DNA of 61,038 bases from assembly GCA_945897985.1 (NCBI GenBank), contig CAMDGN010000001.1:1-61038 (forward strand), written 5' to 3'. The notes below the pieces were generated by a model. It searched no databases, had not been told where the DNA came from, and saw only the letters and a list, made by a program, of their open reading frames with translations. Both the position numbers and the translations under genes were made by a program. Below, piece by piece: positions 28,653 through 42,962 of this stretch (positions are counted from its first letter, which is position 1; each line of letters begins with the position of its first letter). The stretch comes from a candidate division WWE3 bacterium (GTDB lineage: Bacteria; Patescibacteriota; WWE3; UBA101185; UBA10185).

Positions 28653-29729
28653 TCAATCTAAAAGCAGTGTTTCAATATCTACTATTTTACAGTTAAAGTC
28701 TTCTATCTCAGCTATTTTAAAGACAGAAGTAATAATAGTTTGTTGTTCTTTGATTATTTTTAAAATTGCTTTTTTATGTTTCTCATCTAATTCTGAAAAT
28801 ATATCGTCTAATAGAAGAATTGGTTTCTCACCTGTTTTTTTATATATAAAATCAAGCTCGAGTATTTTTAAAGCAGTAAGTGCCATTCTTTGTTGACCTC
28901 TAGAGCCGAATTGGGAAATATCTTTTTTATTCATTTGAATCTCAAAGTCATCTTTATGTGGTCCAATTAGCGTAGTTCCCAACATTAATTCTTTTTGAGA
29001 ATAAACCTCGAAATTTTCCTTTGATATTTCATTTTTAATATAAATAAACTTAATCTCGAAGTTGTTAAGTTCGAATTTCTCGTTAAGGGAAAATATATTC
29101 TCATTTAGAAAAGAAAATAATTCATTTCTTTCGTGCTGGATTTTTGAACCTTCTTTGATTAAGAAGTTGGTCCAAAAATCTAGTTGCTCCTTACCTCGAC
29201 CTGTTTCTTTGATTATTTCTAACAATTTATTTCTTTGTTTTAAAGCTTTAGTGTATTCAAGAACCGACTTTTTATATGAATGTGATATTTGGTAAAAAAT
29301 TGAATCTAGGTATTTTCTTCTTGAAGATGGAGATGAGAAAATTAAATCTAGATCGGCTGGTGTGAAGATGACTGATTTTAAAATTCCACTGAAATTAGAA
29401 ATACTTTTTGCTACTTGATTGATTTTTACTTTTTTTGATGACTTGTTGTTAAAATCGTTTGTTTTTTCAATCGTTAATTCCAGGTTATACCTATCTTCTG
29501 TATTCTCAATCTCAGATTTAATTCTTAAAAAAATTTGATCATAACAAATTAAGTCTTTATCGTATTCGCTTCTGAGTGATTTTGTAGTTGAAAGCAAGTG
29601 AATTGCTTCTAAAATATTGGTTTTTCCAAGACCATTTTCTCCGTAGATAAAGGTTAGATTATCATCAAAATTTATATTTAATGTTTTGTGGTTTCTAAAG
29701 TTTTGAAGGTATAAATTTTTAATTAACAT
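28653..29729 (-). CDS. recF: DNA replication/repair protein RecF
   Basis: NFRN, GENGLGKTN, GPHKDD, SRGQQR, LLLDDIFSELD. Confidence 0.95.
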   Translation of the reverse strand: MLIKNLYLQNFRNHKTLNINFDDNLTFIYGENGLGKTNILEAIHLLSTTKSLRSEYDKDLICYDQIFLRIKSEIENTEDRYNLELTIEKTNDFNNKSSKKVKINQVAKSISNFSGILKSVIFTPADLDLIFSSPSSRRKYLDSIFYQISHSYKKSVLEYTKALKQRNKLLEIIKETGRGKEQLDFWTNFLIKEGSKIQHERNELFSFLNENIFSLNEKFELNNFEIKFIYIKNEISKENFEVYSQKELMLGTTLIGPHKDDFEIQMNKKDISQFGSRGQQRMALTALKILELDFIYKKTGEKPILLLDDIFSELDEKHKKAILKIIKEQQTIITSVFKIAEIEDFNCKIVDIETLLLD

Positions 29730-29756
29730 TAAGGGATATTATAGCCGGATAATATT

Positions 29757-31325
29757 CTATTCAATGTCAAACTCAGTAGTGCACTTCGAACTTATTTTTG
29801 AGTATCTGTCGTCGGAGTTAATAAACGTTGCTCTAACCTGGACTTTTTGAGGTCTGGATCCCGTTGAAAGGTCGACCCTGTTGAAGTCTTCATAAGAAAC
29901 TAGTATTGATTTAGTGTCGGTTTTAGAAGTTGCTTTGCTTATTACATAGGGGTCGGATTTAGTGAAGTAGATTGGGTTTGCATTAGCAATTCCGTTAATT
30001 TCTTTTTTAGATTTTAAGTTACTTAAGTTATAGAATTCAAAATCAAATCTTTCGATACTTTTGGATTTTGATGTCGCTTCAATTGTTAAGTATTGGGTCT
30101 TTTTTAAGGTGTAACTTCCATTACTATTTATGGTGCCACCGCTTAAGGAAATATCTTTACAATTATCTATTCCTGAATCTTTATCTAGCTCAAACTTTAC
30201 AGTGCAAGGTGCTATATTTTCAATCTTAGAGTTGGCTGTTGGTTTTATGTATACCAGAGCTTTAATTGATTCTGGGTATTTATTTTTGTTATTCAAGTCA
30301 GGTTGGTAAAAATCTTTCCAATCTAGTTCTAAATTAAAAGTGTTGGCTCCTTTAGCTTCTTTTGAAACAGAGAATGCTTGATTATTTCCACCTGATTTGT
30401 TGTATGAAATGAATTTATATTCTTTAATTCCGTTTACGTTATTGTAGTTGTCTAAATTTTGAAACCTAAATTCGTATGAGTAGGTTGCTGGCAGGTTTGA
30501 CTCTACAGACAGCTTTATTTTTTCTCCGTCTGAAAGTTCTTCGTTATTGATTTTAAAATATTTGCAGTAAGAAGGTGTGTTATCAACTGTAAATTTTGCA
30601 AAGCAGTAGGCGGGTTGTAGATATTTTTTATCATTTTGATCGACTACTGACACCACCATTAGTACTTCGTTTGGTATTTTACTTTTATTATTTAAATCTT
30701 CTTGAAATAAATCTTCATGCAGAGCGCTTATATAGTCTTTATAAATCCCGTTTTGTTGGTTTGTAGCCGGACTGATACCAAACAATGTTTTTCCTTGTAC
30801 AAAAGAAATGGGTTTTAAAGTTGAGTAGTCGTTGTTTTCAAGAGAATAAAATTCATAAATAAAGTATTTAGGTTTTAAATCTGACGCTTGAACTGTAATG
30901 TCAAATCTTAACGGATTTGATGGCTTTAAAACAATTGTGTTGTCGACCGAAGACGCGCTCAAGTTTGTACATTTTGGAACATCGTTTGGAATTACTTTAG
31001 GTTTCTCAATTTGTTTTGCAAGCGGATCAATTCCTTGGCTTTGTAAGATATTTTGACAGAATGAGCTTTCAGGATTTACTTCAAGTGCATCACACTTTAT
31101 TTTGCATAAAGAATCTTTTGAATTATATTGATCGGGATTACAACATATTCTTTTTTTATTATCTAAAGTTTGGGAATCAAAAACTTCTTTACATTGGCCG
31201 CCTTGAAATGTGTAATAAGCTGAATAGATTGAAAAACCAAGGTATGAAAGTACGATTATAAAAAAGAGGTAAATAGCTGCAGATTTAATCTTGTGATGGT
31301 GAGTAATATGTATTTTTGGGTTCAT
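29757..31325 (-). CDS. Membrane-anchored protein with Cys-rich linker and three tandem ~135-aa repeats
   Basis: Repeated pattern C...F(Y/Q)(S/N)L.N...I.(F/Y)...D(L/F)...DL...P......C...F..(D/E). Confidence 0.7.
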   Translation of the reverse strand: MNPKIHITHHHKIKSAAIYLFFIIVLSYLGFSIYSAYYTFQGGQCKEVFDSQTLDNKKRICCNPDQYNSKDSLCKIKCDALEVNPESSFCQNILQSQGIDPLAKQIEKPKVIPNDVPKCTNLSASSVDNTIVLKPSNPLRFDITVQASDLKPKYFIYEFYSLENNDYSTLKPISFVQGKTLFGISPATNQQNGIYKDYISALHEDLFQEDLNNKSKIPNEVLMVVSVVDQNDKKYLQPAYCFAKFTVDNTPSYCKYFKINNEELSDGEKIKLSVESNLPATYSYEFRFQNLDNYNNVNGIKEYKFISYNKSGGNNQAFSVSKEAKGANTFNLELDWKDFYQPDLNNKNKYPESIKALVYIKPTANSKIENIAPCTVKFELDKDSGIDNCKDISLSGGTINSNGSYTLKKTQYLTIEATSKSKSIERFDFEFYNLSNLKSKKEINGIANANPIYFTKSDPYVISKATSKTDTKSILVSYEDFNRVDLSTGSRPQKVQVRATFINSDDRYSKISSKCTTEFDIE

Positions 31326-31341
31326 GGCAGTGTTAAAAATA

Positions 31342-32157
31342 TTATATATTATTTGGCTGGCAATGGGGACAGTAATAAGAAGATCTTCCTTTGATTTTTA
31401 TTTTAACAATCGGTGTTTCACAGTCGGTGCAACTCGTTCTCTCGTAAATTAAAAAATGATCTTGATACGTTCCATATTTTCCGTATATATCGGAATACAT
31501 CTTATCCTTTAAACTTGAACCCCCGTTTTTAATTCCTCTTTCCAGAACAATTTTTGCACTGGAGATTATATTTTTAATTTGATCGATTGATAGATCTTTT
31601 GCTTTAATTAGTGGATTAACTTTGGAGTGAAATAGGGTGTCGTTGGCATAAATGTTGCCTAACCCTGAAACTAGAGTCTGATCTAGCAGTATATTCTTAA
31701 TTTCTGAGTTTTTTTTCTGAATTTTATGCGCAGTTTTCTCGATTTTTTCTATCGATTCTAGCAGTGGTTCGTAACCTGTGTTAATTGAGATATTTTTTTG
31801 AATTTTTACTTTGCCAAATTTTCGGGTGTCTGTAAAATTTATAAAAAATTTCTCGTTACGGGAATTTATAAATTCCAACCTTAACTTATCCCAACCAAAC
31901 ATCTCTTTTTCCTTTGAAAACCTGATTCTTCCTGTCATCCCTAAATGAATTTGCAAAGTTAGGTTTTGAAAGTGTATCAGAATATATTTAGAAATTCTAT
32001 CTACATCTTTTATTTTTTCATTTTTAAGTAATTGAAATTCCTCAGAAGTTGGGATACTTCTATAGACTTCAAGTATTTCAGTATTGATAAGTGTTGAACC
32101 TGGAAGGATTTCTTTTAGATCTCTCGTAATGGTAAAAACTTCTGGAAGCTCCGGCAT
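31342..32157 (-). CDS. mutM: Formamidopyrimidine-DNA glycosylase
   Basis: PELPEV, HLGMTG, GLGNIY, C-terminal CxxC...CPHCQ. Confidence 0.93.
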   Translation of the reverse strand: MPELPEVFTITRDLKEILPGSTLINTEILEVYRSIPTSEEFQLLKNEKIKDVDRISKYILIHFQNLTLQIHLGMTGRIRFSKEKEMFGWDKLRLEFINSRNEKFFINFTDTRKFGKVKIQKNISINTGYEPLLESIEKIEKTAHKIQKKNSEIKNILLDQTLVSGLGNIYANDTLFHSKVNPLIKAKDLSIDQIKNIISSAKIVLERGIKNGGSSLKDKMYSDIYGKYGTYQDHFLIYERTSCTDCETPIVKIKIKGRSSYYCPHCQPNNI

Positions 32158-33284
32158 TAATTATTTTTTTCAGAGAAGCTATTCCATTTATCTTCAATAA
32201 AATCGCTCAAATTTTTTATGAAGTATTTTTCATTAAATTTTTGAGCTCTTTCTGAAATCTCCTTCCTATCAAAAAAATTTTCGTTAATTTTTTTATCAAA
32301 TTCAAGGAATTTATTTGTAAGAGAGTCTAAATCGATCTCATCAAAAAATAGACCATCTTTGTTTTCTAAAATAGTTTCAAGAGGCCCTCCTGATCTGTGA
32401 GCAAGTACTGGAATTCCGTGCGAAAGTGCCTCCACTGGTGCAATTCCGAAGTCTTCCTCTTTTACAGGAAATAAGTATCCTTTTGCATGAGAAAGAACTT
32501 CATGTAACTCCTCATTTAAAACTTTACCTAAGAATTTAATATTCTTTTTGGCAAGATTTTTAAGATTTTTTTCTTCGATTCCTGTGCCAATTACAACTAA
32601 TTTTTTCTCAATGTTGTTAAATAGCTCAACAACTAAGTCAAAATTTTTGTATGAAGAAAGTCTTCCAGAAATTACGTAATAATTTCTAATGTCGTTTGCT
32701 TCATTAAACTTGGAAGTTTCAACTGGCGGATAGATCACAATCGATTCTCTTTTATAGAACTTTTTGATTCTTTTTTGAACTTCTTTTGAGTTTGCAATTA
32801 AGAAATCAGGTCTCTTGGCTGCAGAAAAATCCCAGATCCTTAAATAGAAATCTAAATAGGCAAAAAGAGGCATTAATAAAATGTTTTTTCTTAAAGTACT
32901 TTCAGTTGAATATTTGTATAAAAATCTTGGTGGAGTATGTACATAAGAAATGTGTAGCTGATCCGAATTTGTTATTACAGATTTAGCCCAAGCGGTTCCA
33001 TCTGAAATTATTAAATCATAGTTTGATAAATCGAAATCTTCAAATCTACTAGCCATTAAAAATGTAAATAATTTTGGAAATCTTTTCAAAACAAAATTCA
33101 TAGCAGGAGTTTTAATATTTCTGGTTTCAAATTTTTTTGGAAGTTTTGATAGATCTAATATTCCGGTATAAATTGGTGCCTCTGGAAAGAGTTCCATTAT
33201 TTTTTCGAGGGTTTTTTCAGCCCCTCCGTATTGATTTAAGTAATCGTGAACTAAGGCAACTCTTGGGTTTTTATTTAATTTCAT
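32157..33284 (-). CDS. GT4-family glycosyltransferase
   Basis: HDYLNQYGGAE, EDFGIAPVEA. Confidence 0.92.
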   Translation of the reverse strand: MKLNKNPRVALVHDYLNQYGGAEKTLEKIMELFPEAPIYTGILDLSKLPKKFETRNIKTPAMNFVLKRFPKLFTFLMASRFEDFDLSNYDLIISDGTAWAKSVITNSDQLHISYVHTPPRFLYKYSTESTLRKNILLMPLFAYLDFYLRIWDFSAAKRPDFLIANSKEVQKRIKKFYKRESIVIYPPVETSKFNEANDIRNYYVISGRLSSYKNFDLVVELFNNIEKKLVVIGTGIEEKNLKNLAKKNIKFLGKVLNEELHEVLSHAKGYLFPVKEEDFGIAPVEALSHGIPVLAHRSGGPLETILENKDGLFFDEIDLDSLTNKFLEFDKKINENFFDRKEISERAQKFNEKYFIKNLSDFIEDKWNSFSEKNN

Positions 33285-33325
33285 AAATGAATTATAACAA
33301 CCATTAAGATATACTTTTAGTATAT

Positions 33326-33823
33326 ATGGAGATGATCAAAAGAAACTCACCTTTGTGGGAATATTTAACACCTGAGATGAGGCAATTGGCTGTCGAAGGG
33401 GAAAGACTTCTAAGCACTTGCAGTCTCCAAGGCGAAGTGGATATAGTTGATTTTTCCTATTTAGTTTTTCCTTGGGGAAAGCTTTATGAGGGATTTTTGA
33501 AAAAGATGTTTCTGGATTTACAATTTATTACACCTGAGGATTACTACGGCAACGAAATTAGAGTTGGAAAATTGCTTTCTTCTGGTTTTGGTACCAAGCC
33601 TCCGCATAGGCTTTCTATTGTCAAAGAGCTAAGTTCTGCTAAAGTCTTTGGGGAAAATTTAACCAAAGTCATGAAAGCTGTATGGAAGAACTCAAGAAAC
33701 ATGATTTTTCACTTTTTCCCAAATAATATTTATAGTATTGATTTGCCAAATGCCAAGAAGCGAATCGAGGACACTGTTAAATGTATGGAATTAGTAGTGA
33801 ACAGATATAACTCAATAAAATGA
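33326..33823 (+). CDS. Hypothetical protein, putative stand-alone HEPN (RNase LS/RnlA-like) domain
   Basis: DFSYLVFP...YEGFLKK and RNMIFH (R-x4-H). Confidence 0.55.
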   Translation: MEMIKRNSPLWEYLTPEMRQLAVEGERLLSTCSLQGEVDIVDFSYLVFPWGKLYEGFLKKMFLDLQFITPEDYYGNEIRVGKLLSSGFGTKPPHRLSIVKELSSAKVFGENLTKVMKAVWKNSRNMIFHFFPNNIYSIDLPNAKKRIEDTVKCMELVVNRYNSIK

Positions 33824-34860
33824 AAAAAATCGCTGTTGGACTAAGCGGGGGTGTTGACTCCTCTGTAGTTTTATTATTGCTTAAAGAGCAAGGTTACCAA
33901 GTCACAGGAGTTCATATGCAGTGTTGGGATTACAATGAAGAAGGTTGTAGCGGTGAGCAGGATAAAGCTGATGCTGTCTCAATTTGTGCTCAACTTGGTG
34001 TGCCATTTAAATTTTTAGATTTCCAAAAAGAATACCAAGATAAAGTAATTCAAAATTTTTACGACGAATACAGTGCTGGTAGAACCCCTAATCCTGACGT
34101 TTTGTGTAATAAAGAGATTAAATTTGGAATGTTTCTTGAATGGGCATTAAAAAACGGGTTTGATTCCATCGCCACAGGTCACTATGCCAAGGTTGAGACA
34201 ACTGATGTACCAAGACTATTTATCCCAAAAGACAGATCGAAAGATCAAACCTATTTCTTATATAGAATCAACTCAAGTCAACTTTCGAACATTATGTTCC
34301 CCTTAGGAGATTTACTAAAAGATGAGGTTAAAGAAATTGCTTTTCAAAATAACCTAAAGAATTTCAATAAACCTGAAAGTATGGGTATTTGTTTTATCGG
34401 TAAAGTTAATGTCAGAGATTTTCTCAAGAGGAGAATTGACGAAAAACCAGGAAATGTTTTGAATTTTAAAAGTGAGGTAATCGGAAAACATCGGGGCGTA
34501 CCTTTTTACACCATTGGTCAAAGACACGGCTTTGAGATTTTTAAATATACCGGTACCCCTCTATATGTTATTTCAAAAAACGCTGGGACTAACGAGTTAG
34601 TTGTCGGAACAGATGAAGAAGCTAAAAGAAACTCTTTTGATGTTTCGGAAATTACATTTATAACCGAGCAGTTAGAGGGAAAAAATGAACTAAACGTTCG
34701 AATCAGGCATTTAGGTGAACTACATAAGGCCAAAGTTACATTTGATAACCTTGCAGCCAAAGTTCAATTAAAAGATTTTGTTTTCGGAATTGCCCCAGGA
34801 CAGTCTTGTGTTTTTTATTCTGATAATAATCAGGTTTTAGGTGGCGGAATTATTAATTAG
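33820..34860 (+). CDS. mnmA: tRNA 2-thiouridylase MnmA
   Basis: SGGVDS, TPNPDVLCN, ATGHYA, KDQTYFL, ESMGICF, APGQ. Confidence 0.96.
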   Translation: MKKIAVGLSGGVDSSVVLLLLKEQGYQVTGVHMQCWDYNEEGCSGEQDKADAVSICAQLGVPFKFLDFQKEYQDKVIQNFYDEYSAGRTPNPDVLCNKEIKFGMFLEWALKNGFDSIATGHYAKVETTDVPRLFIPKDRSKDQTYFLYRINSSQLSNIMFPLGDLLKDEVKEIAFQNNLKNFNKPESMGICFIGKVNVRDFLKRRIDEKPGNVLNFKSEVIGKHRGVPFYTIGQRHGFEIFKYTGTPLYVISKNAGTNELVVGTDEEAKRNSFDVSEITFITEQLEGKNELNVRIRHLGELHKAKVTFDNLAAKVQLKDFVFGIAPGQSCVFYSDNNQVLGGGIIN

Positions 34861-36790
34861 TTTTGAAATTACTTTTGGTAGATATTTTTTGAAAATTATT
34901 TTTCAAGACAAAATAATCCCCATTTAAATTTGATAAAGTGTTTAATGACTTAGAATAAGGGTCAAAAGTTGATTCTTGTTTTTCAAAAGTATTATTCTCA
35001 ATTTTCCAGATCGAGTAAATCTTTTCATCCGCATAGGAATCAAATCCATTAAATTTTAGTCGAACAATATTCTCAATACCTTGTGCTTCATTTAGAAAAT
35101 TACTGATTCCAAATTGATAGGAAGTATTTTCTTTGTATAAATAGTTTTTAAAATCAAATATAGGTGGTATTTTGTTGATAGTTAGGTTTGTGGGAACTGA
35201 GCTTATATTTAAATTATTTATAATTGAAATAGTTCCAACGTTAATCTGATTTGCTCGACTTAGATTTAATTGGTAGTTTAATTTTTCTGGTTTAATTTTC
35301 CATAAATAGGCACTTTGCGAACTCCAGGGATCTGTAAAGCTTCCAAACCATCCAAAAGGATCTACTTTATTATTCAAGATTTTACTACCCTTATAAGTTG
35401 TGAAATGGAGATGGGGGCCGTTAGTATTCCCACTCATTCCCACTTTTCCAATCTTTTGATTCTTAATTACGGTTGTTTTTGACTTGGTTACAAGGTCTTC
35501 ACTCGAAAGATGCCCATATAAAGTTATATATCCGTTTGGATGGGAAATCATAATTGTATTTCCAAGACCACCCTCTTGATAGAAATACGAAGCTTCCCCT
35601 GATTCAACAGCATAGATTGGAGCGTTCAAAGGAAGTCCGAAGTCAATTCCGTCGTGAGATGAGTAATAGAGATATGGTTCGGGTAATTCCTTACCAAGGA
35701 AATTCAGTGTAGTTTTTGAAAATTCAGTCTCCTCAATCAGGTTTCCTAGGTAAGGAAATCTATGATCAAAGTAGGAGGTAATTTTGTCGTAAAGATCATT
35801 TGAGTTTTTAAAATTAAAGGGAACTTCAAAGATTTTAGGTTCATTAAAATCAAATACTAATTTACCTTTAAAAGAGCCGTAGTAGTTGAAGTTAAAATAC
35901 AGTGTTAAATCTTTTTCACCGATAGCTTCTATATTTCTAACTTGATAGACCGAAGGAACTGTAGTAGTTGACTTGTAGAAGTTAACTCCATTATCGTTTG
36001 AAAACCAGAAGGTTGTGGTACTGGTATTTGTTTCTGCAACAAAGAAGAAGTTTTTATATTTTTTAAAAAATGTTACTTGGTTGGGAAAATACCTCTCGTT
36101 AGTACTAATTCCAGTTTTAAAGTTATAGATTTGAAATCTATTTCCTGAGATTGAGTAGATTTTTTCATCGTCAACCTCAATGAAAGAGGGCCTAACTCCA
36201 TAGTAGATTTGAGTTTTTATGTTTGTTTGATAATCGAATTTGTATATGTTTCCACGACTTAAAACAAAAACATCGTTTGAGTTGGTTTTAATATCATCAA
36301 TGTGTGGCCCGTAATACCCATCTCCCAAAATTTGCGTCAGACCGGTTCCGTCTTTATTTACAACGTAACAGCCGTGTACAGTGCCTCCAACATAGACTTT
36401 ATTTTTAAATTGCGCAACTTTTCTGAGCGTGGCTTTAATACCAATGTTTGTATAAGATTTAAAATCCTTTGAGATTTTGAATAACCCCTGCTGCCCGTTG
36501 TAAGTATTAAAAGAGGTTGCGTAATAGTAATTTTCATCTTCAACCATATCGGTTATTTTTAAATTACCTAAAATTTTGGGTTGAAAATTAAGATTGCCCT
36601 CGGTATCGATATAAAGACCGTTAAACAGTGTCGAACCAGAGTTCTCGCCTAAAAGTATTCCGTTTTTTACAACTTTAATATTGTCAGCAATTATTTGGGC
36701 TCTCGGGGAGTCGTAAATTGTTAGCTCAGCTCTTGCTCTACCTATCAAGCAAAAAACAAATATAAATAAATAAGTCACCACTTTTATCAT
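34853..36790 (-). CDS. Secreted M23 metallopeptidase with N-terminal beta-propeller-like region
   Basis: Signal peptide; HDGID, LYGHL, GPHLHF, VDP. Confidence 0.85.
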   Translation of the reverse strand: MIKVVTYLFIFVFCLIGRARAELTIYDSPRAQIIADNIKVVKNGILLGENSGSTLFNGLYIDTEGNLNFQPKILGNLKITDMVEDENYYYATSFNTYNGQQGLFKISKDFKSYTNIGIKATLRKVAQFKNKVYVGGTVHGCYVVNKDGTGLTQILGDGYYGPHIDDIKTNSNDVFVLSRGNIYKFDYQTNIKTQIYYGVRPSFIEVDDEKIYSISGNRFQIYNFKTGISTNERYFPNQVTFFKKYKNFFFVAETNTSTTTFWFSNDNGVNFYKSTTTVPSVYQVRNIEAIGEKDLTLYFNFNYYGSFKGKLVFDFNEPKIFEVPFNFKNSNDLYDKITSYFDHRFPYLGNLIEETEFSKTTLNFLGKELPEPYLYYSSHDGIDFGLPLNAPIYAVESGEASYFYQEGGLGNTIMISHPNGYITLYGHLSSEDLVTKSKTTVIKNQKIGKVGMSGNTNGPHLHFTTYKGSKILNNKVDPFGWFGSFTDPWSSQSAYLWKIKPEKLNYQLNLSRANQINVGTISIINNLNISSVPTNLTINKIPPIFDFKNYLYKENTSYQFGISNFLNEAQGIENIVRLKFNGFDSYADEKIYSIWKIENNTFEKQESTFDPYSKSLNTLSNLNGDYFVLKNNFQKISTKSNFKTN

Positions 36791-37011
36791 AAATTTTGTA
36801 CAATTATGACTAGAAAATTTAAATATTTTTGGTGATGCTTCTATTTAAAATAGAATATAAAACTTGCCTGTACTGGTGTATTGATTTTACTATTTATTAC
36901 TATAAAATAGGGTCTATTGAACCTTGATAATTGAATATTTGATGAGGAAAATTAATTACCCAATAATTATTTTTCTATAAGGTTAAAGTTTTAAGCAGAC
37001 AAAAGAATTGT

Positions 37012-38449
<1,438 letters not shown>

Positions 38450-38869
38450 TAGGGAGTAATGGATGCTTTGACAACAGACTCTTTATTGAGCTGCATTTGG
38501 AAACACTTGCAAGAGCTCAGGTTAATCTTTGATTAACTCGATTAAAATCTTATATTCTCTATCGATGATAGAGTTTCCCTACTATTTTATTCGTTAAAAC
38601 CTGTTGAAAACGAGCATGCTTTGTATCAATTGACTTGTAAATACAGAGTAAAACCATCAATCTCACGATGGTAAAAGTTGGTTATACAGATGAGCCTAAA
38701 TCTGTAAGACGAACAATTCTTTTGTCTATTTAGAGCTTTAATCATCAAATATTCAATTATTTAGGTTTAATCACCAAATAATCCCAAAACATTGAAAATA
38801 AATTACACAAACTAAATTTCTTAGTTAGATAATTTTAATTAAGTTGTTACTATTGTGGAAATTTTTTAA

Positions 38870-38946
<77 letters not shown>

Positions 38947-39050
38947 AAGTATTTCAATTAGACGATTTTATCATAAAAAGAATCAGATTTTGAGAAATAT
39001 ATTTATTTTAAATAACTATTATAATTTTTGAATATCTGAAAGGAGAAGAT

Positions 39051-39281
39051 ATGCCTAAAGAGGTTATTGTTTGCCAATGCCCTTGTGGTTGTGGTCGAGT
39101 TACTCGCGAGACTCACAAAATCTGCCCTTTGTGTCGGGAAGGAAAGCACCCTCGTAATCCGTTGCTACCGCCAAAAAGCGCAATTACAACTCAATGTTGG
39201 GATTGTGACAATTTTATGGTATTTGATGTGAAAGCGAAGATGTTTAAATGTCCTGAAGGCTGCAGAAGGTATTGCGATTAA
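39051..39281 (+). CDS. Cys-rich microprotein (76 aa), putative zinc-binding
   Basis: AAGGAG SD; CQCPCGC, CPLC, CWDC, CPEGC. Confidence 0.7.
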   Translation: MPKEVIVCQCPCGCGRVTRETHKICPLCREGKHPRNPLLPPKSAITTQCWDCDNFMVFDVKAKMFKCPEGCRRYCD

Positions 39282-39287
39282 CGAATG

Positions 39288-39321
39288 AAGGGGATTTTGG
39301 TTTTGCAACCAAAATCCCCTT
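39288..39321. terminator. Bidirectional terminator between two convergent microprotein genes
   Basis: Perfect 15-bp stem AAGGGGATTTTGGTT-ttgc-AACCAAAATCCCCTT. Confidence 0.8.
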
Positions 39322-39325
39322 TCTC

Positions 39326-39538
39326 TCACTTGCAGCAATCGCAATTGCCGCAGTGGGTGCCGTACATTCCGTCGCTATTTTCATAGCGGTTGCAGTTCCG
39401 ACATGCGTCGCCACTTTGGCGCACTTCCATCGGTGCTGCTGTGGGTTTTTGAATTGGAGGTAACTCAACCTCCTTGTAAAGGCGTCCTCCTACAAATTCA
39501 TAAACTTCCCCGAAGAAGTTTAACTGACAAACACCCAT
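39326..39538 (-). CDS. Cys-rich microprotein (70 aa)
   Basis: AAGGAGG SD, TTGAAA-17-TATAAT promoter; CRNC...CGNCDCC. Confidence 0.68.
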   Translation of the reverse strand: MGVCQLNFFGEVYEFVGGRLYKEVELPPIQKPTAAPMEVRQSGDACRNCNRYENSDGMYGTHCGNCDCCK

Positions 39539-39646
39539 AATCTTCCTCCTTTTATATTATAGGTTATAAATATTATACAATTTTTTGATGTTTTTTTCAA
39601 CTTATTTTTTTCCTACTTTCTCCCCAATTTTCGGTAAAACTTCTTG

Positions 39647-39674
39647 TTGACATTTAGTTATAAAAAAATATAAT
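39647..39674 (+). promoter_or_regulatory. Promoter for the tRNA-Ala/23S/5S unit
   Basis: TTGACA-16-TATAAT. Confidence 0.7.
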
Positions 39675-39795
39675 TGTTCTTACGGAAATGGAAAAGCCCA
39701 AATGGCTGGTGGAGAATTTTACCTTCGTAACAAAGAAGCTCTGATTCAATCCAAATTATTTTAAATAATAATATTACTCTAAGGAAGCTACTCTT

Positions 39796-39871
39796 GGGCC
39801 CATAGCTTAGTTGGTAGAGCGCCACTTTTGCACAGTGGAGGTCAGGAGTTCGACTCTCCTTGGGTCCACCA
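39796..39871 (+). tRNA. tRNA-Ala(TGC)
   Basis: G3-U70 pair, TT TGC AC loop, CCA end. Confidence 0.97.
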
Positions 39872-39942
39872 TAAAAACCGTATATTTAAATTGAACTTTG
39901 AAAATTGAATAAAATGTCATATTAGCATCTTCAAAAAACGAT

Positions 39943-42883
<2,941 letters not shown>

Positions 42884-42962
42884 AGGTTTTTTGAAGACCT
42901 AAAGACATTTTATTCAATTTTAAGAGTTTAATTCTTTGAACTTTTACAATTTATTGGTTTTA

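Noticed and set aside
38450..38711. tmRNA (GGGAG...TTTGAC start)
   Set aside because: No T-arm or CCA 3' end; the start is the usual sequence following the 16S 3' end
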